NCBI GenBank assembly: GCA_946188395.1
Contig: CAMHUU010000006.1
Location: 21,866-85,865, forward strand
DNA from: an uncultured Prevotellaceae bacterium
Lineage (GTDB): Bacteria; Bacteroidota; Bacteroidia; Bacteroidales; Bacteroidaceae
Direction: 5' to 3'
DNA: 64,000 nt
The notes below the pieces were generated by a model. It was not told where the DNA came from and did no database searches. It saw only the letters and a list, made by a program, of their open reading frames with translations. Every line of letters begins with the position of its first letter. Positions within the stretch are counted from its first letter, which is position 1. Positions 38,148-47,320 of this stretch are shown in pieces. The position numbers and the translations under genes were made by a program.

Positions 38148-40265
38148 CTACTTGCGCAGTTTCAGATAGTATCCGCGTACGCCGTTGTTGGCTCCTTTGG
38201 GCCAGTGGAGGGCTTTGATGGAATTGCTGAGGGCTTTCAGATTGGGTACATCCTTTGCCTTCAGATGTTTGGCGAGTTCCTGCTGGATGTCGATGACACG
38301 CCAGAGATTATCTTTCGTATGCTCTGTGGTGATCTCGAAGAGACTGGGCAGGATGCCCTCTGCCGACGATTCCTCCATGTATGACTGGTTGTGCTCGCGA
38401 ATTTCGCGTTCGTCCTCGGAGGTGAACCAATACAGACAATCGGGGGCGTGCAACTCCGTCACGGCCTGTGCGAACATCTGCTTGTAGGGCACACGTTCGG
38501 ACATGTTGATTTCACCCTTTACCTCGATGCACAGATAACGGCGATTGCCCTCTGCCGATGAAAGCGGAGTGGGGTCGTTGGTGGTGGCGATGAACGAACA
38601 GAGACGTGGCGTCATGGTGTACTCTGCCGAGCGCATCTGGCGCACCTGCACGTCCTTCTCTGTGAGAAGACGCTTCACCTTGGCCTGTTCACGATTCGTC
38701 TTGGCATTGAACTCGTCGATGCATACGAGCCACATGCGCCCCAAGACACGCTCCACCTGTTCGGAATTCTCCATCTTGATGTCGTCCATGTAGTATTCAC
38801 GCATCGAGGGCGGCAGAATGTTCTTGCAGAAGATGGACTTCTTGATCCCCTCGCTGCCGATGAGCATGGGTACCATCGAGTTGCCATAGTCGCGGTTGAT
38901 GTTCAGAGCCTGGGCCACCATCGCCAGGAACCAGCGGTGGAAATACTTGGGCCACAGCGCATAGTCGGTGGGCAGACGGCGGGCGAAGTCCTCGATATAG
39001 TTCGCCTTGCGGTCCCAGTCGCCACAACCTGCCAGGAATTCGTGGACGGGGTTGTATTCGGGGATATGGGCCGATTCTACGTAGATGCGGATGTCGTTCA
39101 TCCAGCTTTCACCGCCTTCCTTCATCTGTTCGACGACGATGCTCTTCAACTGACGGTTCGTCAGCGGCTCCCACTGCCTGAAGTTCATATCGTTGGGGCG
39201 GTACTCAGTGACCTGTTTCACCACATTGTATCGCAACTGATAGCGGCGGCGGAAGAAATTTTCGATGAAACGGATGATGCGCTCCTTTTCGTTCATCTGC
39301 GACAGTGTCCGTCCGTTGTAGGGTTTCTCGTAGGTAGCACGGAATATCTTGCGGATGACATCGTCGCCCAGGGGGTTGAAGCGATGGTCCCAGAGGACTC
39401 GCGCGACGCAGGCCTCTTCCTCCAGTCCAGCCTTCTGACAATAGCCTGCCAGAAGCACCAGACACTGTTCCCTGTCGTTGGAACAATCACTGAGGGCCTT
39501 CCTCAGACAGGTGTAGAACTCCAGCCTGTAGCGCTCGCGCTCGTCGGAGTCGGGATACCAGATGACGGTGCCGTCGTCGTCCGTTCGGGTACCTGCATAG
39601 GGCGTCAGCGCACCCTCCTCGTCGTGAATGACAGGCAGCGGCAGTGCCTCAGGATGATAGTACAGCTGGGGATCGTAACTCATGCGGCAGCCTTTTGTCA
39701 GCGCAGGCTCGCCAACGACGAGGTCGCAGCGCACCAGTGCCGTGTAGATGCGGCCAGCCGAACGCTGGGCATCCTTCAGGAAGGCCAGATACCTGGCCGT
39801 ATCGAGCTGCGCCTTCCCGCTACGCTGGGCTGATGCCCAGGGCGTGGCACCGCCATTGTACTCACAGCGCACCACGACTTTCAGCGTGACACCGCTGACA
39901 CCCGCAAAGGCCAGCATGGTATATGGCACCTGCGACACCAGTCGTTTCAGTTCGTTGATTCTCTGTATGCCCTCCGGACAGGGAATGTCGAGTAGCAGTA
40001 ACTGCGTGAAAGTGTTGGGATGTTCGAAACCGCCCTTGCCGAAAGTTGCCGAGAAGAGCAGATATGGCAGGCGGTCGTTCTCCTCCAGGAAGTAACGGGG
40101 CATGCCCTCCTGCATGGCCAGCCGCGAGTGCAGGGCGACCATCCGGATCTTGTCTGCGGCAGCTTTTGTGTCTTCCGAGCGCATACGCTCCACAACGGCC
40201 TCCAGTTCTGTGGATACCGGTTTGCCAAACTCTCCATACTTCGTTTTCAGCTTTGTAATCTTCAT
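38148..40265 (-). CDS. BT4734/VirE-N + VapE-like P-loop helicase + C-terminal DUF3874-like domain (primase-helicase-like)
   Basis: N domain 'AFAGVSGVTLKVVV' and 'CRMSYDPQLYY'; 'LRYNVVK'; 'YNPVHEFL...WD'; Walker A-like 'GSEGIKKS', Walker B 'VCIDEF', 'SFIATTN', 'GNRRY'. Confidence 0.85.
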   Translation of the reverse strand: MKITKLKTKYGEFGKPVSTELEAVVERMRSEDTKAAADKIRMVALHSRLAMQEGMPRYFLEENDRLPYLLFSATFGKGGFEHPNTFTQLLLLDIPCPEGIQRINELKRLVSQVPYTMLAFAGVSGVTLKVVVRCEYNGGATPWASAQRSGKAQLDTARYLAFLKDAQRSAGRIYTALVRCDLVVGEPALTKGCRMSYDPQLYYHPEALPLPVIHDEEGALTPYAGTRTDDDGTVIWYPDSDERERYRLEFYTCLRKALSDCSNDREQCLVLLAGYCQKAGLEEEACVARVLWDHRFNPLGDDVIRKIFRATYEKPYNGRTLSQMNEKERIIRFIENFFRRRYQLRYNVVKQVTEYRPNDMNFRQWEPLTNRQLKSIVVEQMKEGGESWMNDIRIYVESAHIPEYNPVHEFLAGCGDWDRKANYIEDFARRLPTDYALWPKYFHRWFLAMVAQALNINRDYGNSMVPMLIGSEGIKKSIFCKNILPPSMREYYMDDIKMENSEQVERVLGRMWLVCIDEFNAKTNREQAKVKRLLTEKDVQVRQMRSAEYTMTPRLCSFIATTNDPTPLSSAEGNRRYLCIEVKGEINMSERVPYKQMFAQAVTELHAPDCLYWFTSEDEREIREHNQSYMEESSAEGILPSLFEITTEHTKDNLWRVIDIQQELAKHLKAKDVPNLKALSNSIKALHWPKGANNGVRGYYLKLRK

Positions 40266-40315
40266 GAGTATTCGCTATTATTCGTTATAGTAATTGTTAT
40301 TGTTTTATCTATTTG

Positions 40316-40323
40316 CAAAGGTA
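40316..40323 (-). promoter_or_regulatory. -7 box for the VirE-like gene
   Basis: TAccTTTG about 50 nt upstream of ATG 40265. Confidence 0.7.
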
Positions 40324-40417
40324 CAAAAAAATAGGTGAAAATGCAAGTTTTTTTTTCCAAAAAGTATGCATAAAAAGGCATTTGTGTGGTAAGAAAAGGC
40401 ATCTTTGCCTCGTTCGG

Positions 40418-40465
40418 ATAGTTCCTTTGTATTGTTCCAATAGTTCCTTTGCATTGTTCCAATAG
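40418..40465. repeat. 22-bp tandem repeat x2
   Basis: ATAGTTCCTTTG(T/C)ATTGTTCCA at 40418-40439 and 40440-40461. Confidence 0.85.
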
Positions 40466-40539
40466 GGCCTTATAGGGTATAAGGACTATCCGGACGCGGT
40501 ACAAGTGCCGTCGGAGCAGGGATTCCGAGCCTGCCTGGC

Positions 40540-40605
40540 AACCGTTTGTGTTAGCCCAAACAACCGTTTGCGCCTACGCAAACGACCGTTCGCGTATACG
40601 CAAAA
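40540..40605. repeat. 22-bp degenerate tandem repeat x3 with internal palindromes
   Basis: AACCGTTTGTGTTAGCCCAAAC / AACCGTTTGCGCCTACGCAAAC / GACCGTTCGCGTATACGCAAAA. Confidence 0.8.
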
Positions 40606-40624
40606 GCTGTCACAGGATTTTTTG

Positions 40625-40736
40625 CAGGTGCAGCATCGGTGCAGGATAGTAGTTCGATTTTTAACTATCGTGCACCTGTTAACTTATTGTATTTATGTAA
40701 GTTATAAGCCTCAGTAGCACGAGGTGCACGATATTT
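40625..40736 (-). repeat. Right 112-bp inverted repeat
   Basis: Partner of 38030-38141. Contains hairpin GGTGCAGGATAGT...ACTATCGTGCACC and palindrome TAACTTA-11 nt-TAAGTTA. Confidence 0.9.
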
Positions 40737-40747
40737 TATGTTACTTT

Positions 40748-41134
40748 TTAGTATTTATAGAACGACCAGTGTTGGTTGCCGGCGGAGAGGATGAGGTTGT
40801 CGTCGTCGAGGCGGTCGATTTTCAGGCGGATGTCGGTGAAGGGCCGGAAACCGAAGGTCTGTTCGACGAGGATGGTGTCGGCGGGTATGGCGTGTTTGGA
40901 GAAACACTGGATGTAGAGGCTGTCGCCGCGGTGCTGGAAATTGCCATAGACCTCGGCTTGGTTGAGGTTCTTGATCCAGACGATGGACCCTGAGAAGCTG
41001 ATGTATTGCGTGTCGGAGCCGGTCAGTCGCCACTGTCCGAAGAAGTCGCCGGCTTCGCGGCCCTCCTGACAAGAAGTTAATAGCGCTACGCTAAATAAAA
41101 AATAGAAAATAAAGGATTTAAAGAATCGTGCCAT
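40748..41134 (-). CDS. Small lipoprotein, lipocalin-like
   Basis: From ATG 41134: lipobox 'LLTSC' and lipocalin-type 'GDFFGQWRL'. Confidence 0.75.
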   Translation of the reverse strand: MARFFKSFIFYFLFSVALLTSCQEGREAGDFFGQWRLTGSDTQYISFSGSIVWIKNLNQAEVYGNFQHRGDSLYIQCFSKHAIPADTILVEQTFGFRPFTDIRLKIDRLDDDNLILSAGNQHWSFYKY

Positions 41135-42620
41135 GATAACTGATTTTGAAGTTGAACGTTGAGCAGTCGCCGAGGATGTTGCCTTTGTCGAAGGCGTAGG
41201 CGGCGCTGAAATTCCAAGGACCAGTGTGGTATTCACCCTGCAGGACGGCGTCGAAGGAGTGGTGCTTGTGGGGTAGGGGGTTGCGATAGGTGCCCCAGCC
41301 CTCGCGGTAGGCTCCCTTGACGAGGTACGACAGCCGGCTGGTGATGTCGCCGGTGACGCCTACGTGCCAGGCCCGGACGCGGTTGTCGCTGAAGCCGGTG
41401 TGGCCGTTCTGGTTGAACCGTGGCGAGGTGATGTATGGGTTGCCGGGCGTCATGCCGTAGTGGGCGTAGCTGTCGTAGAACATGTGGTTGTAGTAGTTGT
41501 CGTCGCCGGTGACGAAGTCGGAAATCTGGCTGCGTGCCGGTTCGGGATAGTCGCCGCTGTCGATGTGGAGCGGTCCGGACTGGTTGGTGGTCTGGAAATA
41601 CTCGACGACGGCCTTGCGGACATACTGCGGTCCGGCGGCACGGTTCTGATACTGCACGCCCCAGAGTCCGTCCCAGCCGTTGCTCTTGCGGATGCCGGAG
41701 CCGTCCTCAAAGATGTCGTCGACATAAGCTTGCAGCAGGTGGTGGCGGTCGATGTTCCAACCTATCTGTATGGTCATGGAACCGAGGTGGTTGCCGTAGA
41801 CCCAGTCTTCGAGGGCGTCGTCCTCGTAGTAGTTCTTGTCGCCGCGGGGCAGTATGACATTCCAGAACGCCTTCAGGTTGGCATCCTTGGTTTTGGCGGT
41901 GAGCACGCCGTTGACGTATTCATGACTGGTGCCTCCGAACTGTGCGATATGCTCGATGCCGGCCGTGATGAAGAAGCGCTTGTCGGGGTTGCTGCGGAAG
42001 TAGAGGTGCTTCTGGTGGTACCAGATGCCGGTGGCGTAGAGCAGGTTGGCGTCGCCGCCCTGAAGGAAGCGGTCCTCGCGGTAGTTGCTGTCGAGGAATT
42101 TGCCGTAGCCGAAGTCGAAGCTGAGCTGCAGCCAGTCGCGGGTGTAGGGCACGGTCCAGAAGCCGTCGGTGCCGAGGTGCACCTGGGGAATGGGCTTGGC
42201 ATTGTTGCCCTTGGCGAAAGCGCCGGCCGATAGCTGCGCGTCGCGCAGGACGGGGTCCAGTTCGCGGCTGCCGGCCTCGATGAAGAACGACTTCCACTTG
42301 AGGTTGGCGTAGCACTGCTGTAGGTAGGCCTTGTGGTCGGCGTGAACGGCGGCGATGCCATCGACGCAGGCCGAGAGTGTCAGTTGGTGGTTGAAGGGAT
42401 GACTGACGGTCATGGCTCCGCGCAGGTAGGCGGTGTTGGGCCGCGTGGCGAGCACATGATGGCGGTTGGCTGTCAGCTGGAAGGCGGTATAGTCGCCCGT
42501 TCCCACTGCTGCTTCTGCAGTCAGGTCGTAGGTGAGGCGGGTCTTCAGCGTGTCCTGCGCCCCTGCGGGGCTAAATAAAAAATAAAAAATAAAAAATAAA
42601 AGGTATTTCTGTTTGCTCAT
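41118..42620 (-). CDS. Capsule assembly Wzi-family outer-membrane protein
   Basis: Signal peptide, 'NAKPIPQV', 'YHQKHLY', 'QFGG', 'GNHLGS', 'DGLWG', 'DDNYYNH...GNP'. Confidence 0.8.
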   Translation of the reverse strand: MSKQKYLLFFIFYFLFSPAGAQDTLKTRLTYDLTAEAAVGTGDYTAFQLTANRHHVLATRPNTAYLRGAMTVSHPFNHQLTLSACVDGIAAVHADHKAYLQQCYANLKWKSFFIEAGSRELDPVLRDAQLSAGAFAKGNNAKPIPQVHLGTDGFWTVPYTRDWLQLSFDFGYGKFLDSNYREDRFLQGGDANLLYATGIWYHQKHLYFRSNPDKRFFITAGIEHIAQFGGTSHEYVNGVLTAKTKDANLKAFWNVILPRGDKNYYEDDALEDWVYGNHLGSMTIQIGWNIDRHHLLQAYVDDIFEDGSGIRKSNGWDGLWGVQYQNRAAGPQYVRKAVVEYFQTTNQSGPLHIDSGDYPEPARSQISDFVTGDDNYYNHMFYDSYAHYGMTPGNPYITSPRFNQNGHTGFSDNRVRAWHVGVTGDITSRLSYLVKGAYREGWGTYRNPLPHKHHSFDAVLQGEYHTGPWNFSAAYAFDKGNILGDCSTFNFKISYHGTIL

Positions 42621-42645
42621 AAACCTTATTATTATTTGTTTACTG

Positions 42646-43215
42646 CTAAAAGATTTTGCCGGAAACGATGTTGAGGAATGTCTGGACGAGTATCTTGAAA
42701 TCGGTCCATAGCGACTGGTGTTCGAGATAGTAGAGGTCGAACTCGAGGCGTTTCAGCATTTTCTCGATGGTGTCGGTGTATCCGTTCTTCAGCGTGGCGT
42801 AGCTGGTGACGCCGGGCCGCAGCACATAGAGCCGTTCGTAGCGGCTGTCGTGCTGCATGATCTGACGGATGTAGTAGGGCCGCTCGGGGCGGTAGCCGAC
42901 AAAGGCCATGTCGCCGATGAATACGTTCCACAGCTGTGGCAGCTCGTCGAGATGGTGGCTTCGGAGGAACCGTCCGACCTTGGTGAGTCGGGGGTCGTTC
43001 TCGCTCTGGAGCAGTTCTTCGCCATTTTCCTCGGCGTTGGTTTTCATGCTGCGGAACTTATAGATATAGAAGGGCTTGCCGTGCAGTCCGATGCGTTCCT
43101 GCTTGTAGATAACGGGACCGCCGCTGAGCTTGATAGCCAGGAAGCATATCAGGAACAGTGGCGAGAATACCAGCAGGCAGCAGGCCGATATGATGAAGTC
43201 GATGAAGCGTTTCAC
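42646..43215 (-). CDS. Bacterial sugar transferase (monotopic phosphoglycosyl transferase)
   Basis: 'KRFIDF', 'YKQERIG', 'YKFRSM', '[10 protein letters not shown]', 'GYRPER', 'RPGVT'. Confidence 0.92.
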   Translation of the reverse strand: MKRFIDFIISACCLLVFSPLFLICFLAIKLSGGPVIYKQERIGLHGKPFYIYKFRSMKTNAEENGEELLQSENDPRLTKVGRFLRSHHLDELPQLWNVFIGDMAFVGYRPERPYYIRQIMQHDSRYERLYVLRPGVTSYATLKNGYTDTIEKMLKRLEFDLYYLEHQSLWTDFKILVQTFLNIVSGKIF

Positions 43216-43221
43216 AATGTG

Positions 43222-44310
43222 TTATGCGGTTGTTTTGAGTTTGTAATTGATGCAGCCGTTGACAGCGCAGAACAGGGCGACGTCGATGACAACCAGCAGG
43301 GTGGCCGGCACGAGTGGGAACAGCAGGCTGTTGAGCATGATGTAGGCGACGGCCAGCAGGAGTATGGCGACGAGCGCCTGGTGTTGCGACAGTCCGGCTC
43401 GCATGAGTTTGTGATGGATATGATTCTTGTCAGCATCGAACAGTGGTCGGTGGTGGCGCAGTCGGTAGAGTGTGACGCGCGCCACGTCGGCTGTGGGTAC
43501 GATGAGCAGTGTGAGTCCGACGATGATGGCCTCGGGACGTACCGGCCAGATGGCGGTATTGTTCATGGCGCACTTGACGGCGAGGAAGCCGAGGGTGAAT
43601 CCCAGCGAGAGGCTTCCCGAGTCGCCCATGAATATCTTGGTGTTGCGCTCGACGCTGCCGAAGAGGTTGAAATAGAGGAAGGCGATGAGTGCTCCCATGA
43701 GTCCGGCAACGAGGATGGAGTAGGTGTGCATGAATACGTCGTAGTAGATGAAATAGACTAGGAAGCAGGTCAGTGCGATGAGCGTCAGCCCGGCAGCCAG
43801 TCCGTCGATGCCGTCGATGAGGTTGATGGCGTTGTCGACGAATACCAGTACGAAGATGGTCAGTGGAATGCCGATGTAGTAGGGTATGTCCTCGATGCCG
43901 AAGAGTCCGTAGAGGTTGTTGATGTAGAGTCCGGCCATGGGCAGCAGGCATGCTGTGATGACCTGCACGAGGAACTTGCTCTTGGCCTTGAGTCCGACGA
44001 GGTCGTCGACGATGCCCGTCAGGTAGATGATGGCGACGCCCATGACGTAGGTGGCACTCCAGGTGTTGAAGGCAATCTCCTTGTCGCGCATCCAGGTGAA
44101 ATACAGCAGCATGACGGTGAAGGCCGTCATCATGCTGGGCAGAAAGGATATGCCGCCCAAGCGGGGTATGGCATTCTTGTGGACCTTCCGGTCGTTGGGA
44201 AGGTCGTATAGTTTTTTCCGTTTACAGAAATCAAGAATCAGGGGCGTGAACACCAGCCCGCAAATCATGCTCAAGAAAAATGCACCGAGTAGATATATCG
44301 TCATACGCAA
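43222..44310 (-). CDS. WecA/MraY-family undecaprenyl-phosphate HexNAc-1-P transferase
   Basis: 'RKVH...PRLGG', 'GIVDD', 'NAINLIDGIDGL', 'IFMGDSGS', 'DKNHIHH'. Confidence 0.92.
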   Translation of the reverse strand: MRMTIYLLGAFFLSMICGLVFTPLILDFCKRKKLYDLPNDRKVHKNAIPRLGGISFLPSMMTAFTVMLLYFTWMRDKEIAFNTWSATYVMGVAIIYLTGIVDDLVGLKAKSKFLVQVITACLLPMAGLYINNLYGLFGIEDIPYYIGIPLTIFVLVFVDNAINLIDGIDGLAAGLTLIALTCFLVYFIYYDVFMHTYSILVAGLMGALIAFLYFNLFGSVERNTKIFMGDSGSLSLGFTLGFLAVKCAMNNTAIWPVRPEAIIVGLTLLIVPTADVARVTLYRLRHHRPLFDADKNHIHHKLMRAGLSQHQALVAILLLAVAYIMLNSLLFPLVPATLLVVIDVALFCAVNGCINYKLKTTA

Positions 44311-44421
44311 TTGCTATTTATATATATAACTCACAGATGAGCTATTTATTGCATAGAACATCAATTTTTATCAAGACTTTTTTGCTATTCCCCAAAAAAG
44401 CACTAACTTTGCATACTGTTA

Positions 44422-46209
44422 ATGGTAGATTTGAGCATGTTGATGGAGAAAATACGACGCATGACAGGGTATTGCCGGAGGGGGCTGAACGGCCGTTTCC
44501 TGGTGTTGCTGCTGCTGTCGGTGGCTTGTCTGCTGTTGATGCACGGACAGCTGGCGATGACCGTGGAATTCGAGTATCCCTTCAAGCCCGATGCCATCGT
44601 CAGCAACGTATTCTCATGCCTGGTGGATGCGACGTTCTTCTTCCTGCTGGGCATGCTGCTGACCTGGGGACGGGTTAAGAAGAGCCTGCTGGTGGCTTTC
44701 GTGCTGTCGGCGGTGCTGGCATTCTGTAATGTGCTGTATTCCCGGTTCTTCGGGCATTATCTGCCCAATCTGGCCATCTTGCAGTTGGGCAACCTGACCG
44801 ACGGCGAGGTGATGGGAAGTACGCTGACGGGACTGCGCCTGGCGGACGGATGCTTTGTGCTGCTGGCTGTGGTGTTCGGTTGGCTGTACCGGCGCTGGGA
44901 CAGTCGGTCCGTACAGGACAGGTTCGGCCGGACGCTGGCCACCCTGTGGGGCGTGGCGCTGTTGGCAGTAGGTGCTTTCATCGTGCTGCTGGGACTGACG
45001 CACGACCCTTCGTTCGAAACATCGTTCATCCGCTTTTCGCCCATCCGGGTGCAATATACACAGGCGCCTAACAACATGCTGTTTCGCAGTGGTTTTGTGC
45101 GCAGGGCGCTGGTGTGCTACGAGGATTTCCTGCAGCGCGACCTGGCGCTGGACGAACACCAGCTTGCGGAAATAGCGCAGGAATATACCGACTACAGGGA
45201 GCGCACGGTGGGCGGACCGACCGTCGACGGGCCGAAGAACGTGATATTCATCATCGTGGAGTCGTACCTGGCAGCAACCTCGGACCTGACGGTTGACGGC
45301 AAGGAGATTACCCCCTTCCTGAACCGACTGAAACGCGACAGCACCGTCTATTATAACGGTCATGTGCGTCCGAACATCAATATCGGCGAATCGTCCGACG
45401 GACAATTCATCTACATGGCGGGACTGATGCCGCTGAAATCGGAGATTACGGTGAACATCGTGAAGGACAAGACGGTGTGCGGTCTGCCAGCCGTGATGAA
45501 GGAGCAGGGACGCATCAAGGCGTCGCAGATTGTTGTGCCGACGTCGCCCACCTTCTGGGAACAGGACAAGATGAACGGGCTGTTCGGATTCGACACGATG
45601 TACTCGAAATTCGACTGCGACAAGGCGCTGCACGGCAACGAGGACCTGAACGACGAACAGATCTTCACCCTGGCTGCGCGGGCCGACGGAAAGGTGGAAC
45701 AGCCCTTCTTCTCGCTGATTCTGACCATGTCGATGCACAACCCCTACACCAAGTGCGTGGAGCATGGCTTCCAACTGGCGGACGAGACACTGACGGCAGA
45801 ATACCGCAACTACCTGACAGACTGCCATTATACCGACCAGCAGCTGGAAAGGTATTTCGGCGAACTGAAGCGTCAGGGGCTGTATGACAACAGTGTGATT
45901 GTTATTACCGCCGACCACGACGCCCACCCCGTGCATCTGAACATGGAGGAAGGTCAGGTCAGCGATGAGTTGCCGTTGTATATCGTTCATGGCGGCATCG
46001 ACAAGGACAGCGTGTGGACGGGCCCCTGCAATCAGCTGGATGTCTACACCACGCTGCTCGACATGTTTGGCATCACCACCCCGTGGCGCGGTTTGGGTCA
46101 CTCGCTGCTGAACGCACACTACACCAATTCGGTGTCGGAGAAAACGCAAACCCTCTCGGAATGGATTGTCAGAAGCAATTACTTTAGTCGTTACCGGTCA
46201 GCTCGTTGA
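44422..46209 (+). CDS. LTA-synthase / sulfatase-fold membrane phosphotransferase
   Basis: N-terminal TM bundle, 'NVIFIIVES', 'GESSDGQF', 'SMHNPY', 'ITADH'. Has its own TAacTTTG at 44404-44411. Confidence 0.85.
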   Translation: MVDLSMLMEKIRRMTGYCRRGLNGRFLVLLLLSVACLLLMHGQLAMTVEFEYPFKPDAIVSNVFSCLVDATFFFLLGMLLTWGRVKKSLLVAFVLSAVLAFCNVLYSRFFGHYLPNLAILQLGNLTDGEVMGSTLTGLRLADGCFVLLAVVFGWLYRRWDSRSVQDRFGRTLATLWGVALLAVGAFIVLLGLTHDPSFETSFIRFSPIRVQYTQAPNNMLFRSGFVRRALVCYEDFLQRDLALDEHQLAEIAQEYTDYRERTVGGPTVDGPKNVIFIIVESYLAATSDLTVDGKEITPFLNRLKRDSTVYYNGHVRPNINIGESSDGQFIYMAGLMPLKSEITVNIVKDKTVCGLPAVMKEQGRIKASQIVVPTSPTFWEQDKMNGLFGFDTMYSKFDCDKALHGNEDLNDEQIFTLAARADGKVEQPFFSLILTMSMHNPYTKCVEHGFQLADETLTAEYRNYLTDCHYTDQQLERYFGELKRQGLYDNSVIVITADHDAHPVHLNMEEGQVSDELPLYIVHGGIDKDSVWTGPCNQLDVYTTLLDMFGITTPWRGLGHSLLNAHYTNSVSEKTQTLSEWIVRSNYFSRYRSAR

Positions 46210-47320
46210 AGATGGCCTTCATTTCCTTGACGGACTGCTTGCTGGTGAACATGCGGGCGATGCGGTCCTTGCCGGCTGTGGCATACTGCATGTACAGGTC
46301 GTGGTCGTTGAGCAGCTTGTCGACGGCGGCAGCATAGGCCTGTACGTCGCCCAGCGGCACCTCGATGCCCGTCTCGTCTTTCACGGAAACCCAGTTGACG
46401 CCAGAACCCTCGATGGTGAAGGTTACCGGCACGCTGCCGCAATACATGGCTTCGGCCAGAGCAATGCCAAAGGCCTCCTGCTTGGTGCACGAGGTGAAGC
46501 CGAAGATGTCGGAAGCATAGTAGTAGCAGCGCAGGTAGTCGTTGGGAATGCGCCCGATGAACTTGATGCGATCAGAGTGTGTCATGGCTTTCAGGCGCTC
46601 GGTCTCGGGGCCTCGGCCGCCAATGAGAATGATGCAGTCGGACTGGATGTACTTCTCGGCTTCGATGAGATAGTTGATGCCTTTGTAGGCTGCGTGGCGG
46701 CCGACAAAGAAGATGATTTTCTTATGATGGTATTTCCGGCGGATTTCGTCGACCGTCTTCTCGTCGCCAGCCTTCCATGTGAAGTCGTTGAGGATGATGC
46801 CGTTGGGCACCACCTTCGTCTTGTCGCGGTACTGGTAGATGGGACTCGACGGGTGGATGTAGTTGGGACTCGTGGCCAGAATGAGGTCGGACTTCTTGAG
46901 AATGACCTTCTCGTAGTGGCTCACCAGCTTGTAGAGCAGGCCTTTGCCGAGGATATCGGAGTGCCACAGCAGGACGAGCTTGACGTCCTTCGGAGCCAGC
47001 TTGGCGGTGATGGGATACAGGAAGGGGTTGGGACAGTGCAGCAGGATGATGTCCGGCTGTTCCTCGTAGATAATCTTCTTCAGGTAGTGATAGTACGAGA
47101 AGGCAATGTCCTGACTGGCGACATTCATGGACGATGCAATGCGGTAGACCTTGACGCCATTTACCGTGTCGACGCGGGTGATGCCGTCCTGGCTGAAGCA
47201 TACGACAATATTCTGGAAGGTTTTCATACCCTCGCCCATGTATTTGGTGACAGTCTCTATGCCTCCCTCGACGGGATGGTAGTATTTGGCAATCTGGAGT
47301 ATAGTTTTCTTCATTCGCAA
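46184..47320 (-). CDS. Glycosyltransferase family 4
   Basis: 'KYYHPVEGGIE', 'GRHAAYKG', 'EAFGIALAEAM'. Confidence 0.9.
   Translation of the reverse strand: MRMKKTILQIAKYYHPVEGGIETVTKYMGEGMKTFQNIVVCFSQDGITRVDTVNGVKVYRIASSMNVASQDIAFSYYHYLKKIIYEEQPDIILLHCPNPFLYPITAKLAPKDVKLVLLWHSDILGKGLLYKLVSHYEKVILKKSDLILATSPNYIHPSSPIYQYRDKTKVVPNGIILNDFTWKAGDEKTVDEIRRKYHHKKIIFFVGRHAAYKGINYLIEAEKYIQSDCIILIGGRGPETERLKAMTHSDRIKFIGRIPNDYLRCYYYASDIFGFTSCTKQEAFGIALAEAMYCGSVPVTFTIEGSGVNWVSVKDETGIEVPLGDVQAYAAAVDKLLNDHDLYMQYATAGKDRIARMFTSKQSVKEMKAIFNELTGND

Larger units (their letters stand above)
38030..40736. mobile_element. Putative IR-bounded primase-helicase element (2.7 kb, no transposase)
   Basis: Terminal 112-bp IRs, one cargo gene with its own promoter, internal 22-bp tandem repeats and a broken TA module at the left boundary. 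Mobility is inferred. Confidence 0.5.

Noticed and set aside
40418-40605. Possible CRISPR array
   Set aside because: The units are directly tandem with no unique spacers, there are only 2-3 copies, and no cas genes are present.
38030-40736. Classical IS element
   Set aside because: No DDE, HUH or serine/tyrosine recombinase motifs in the enclosed gene, and no target-site duplication that I could see.
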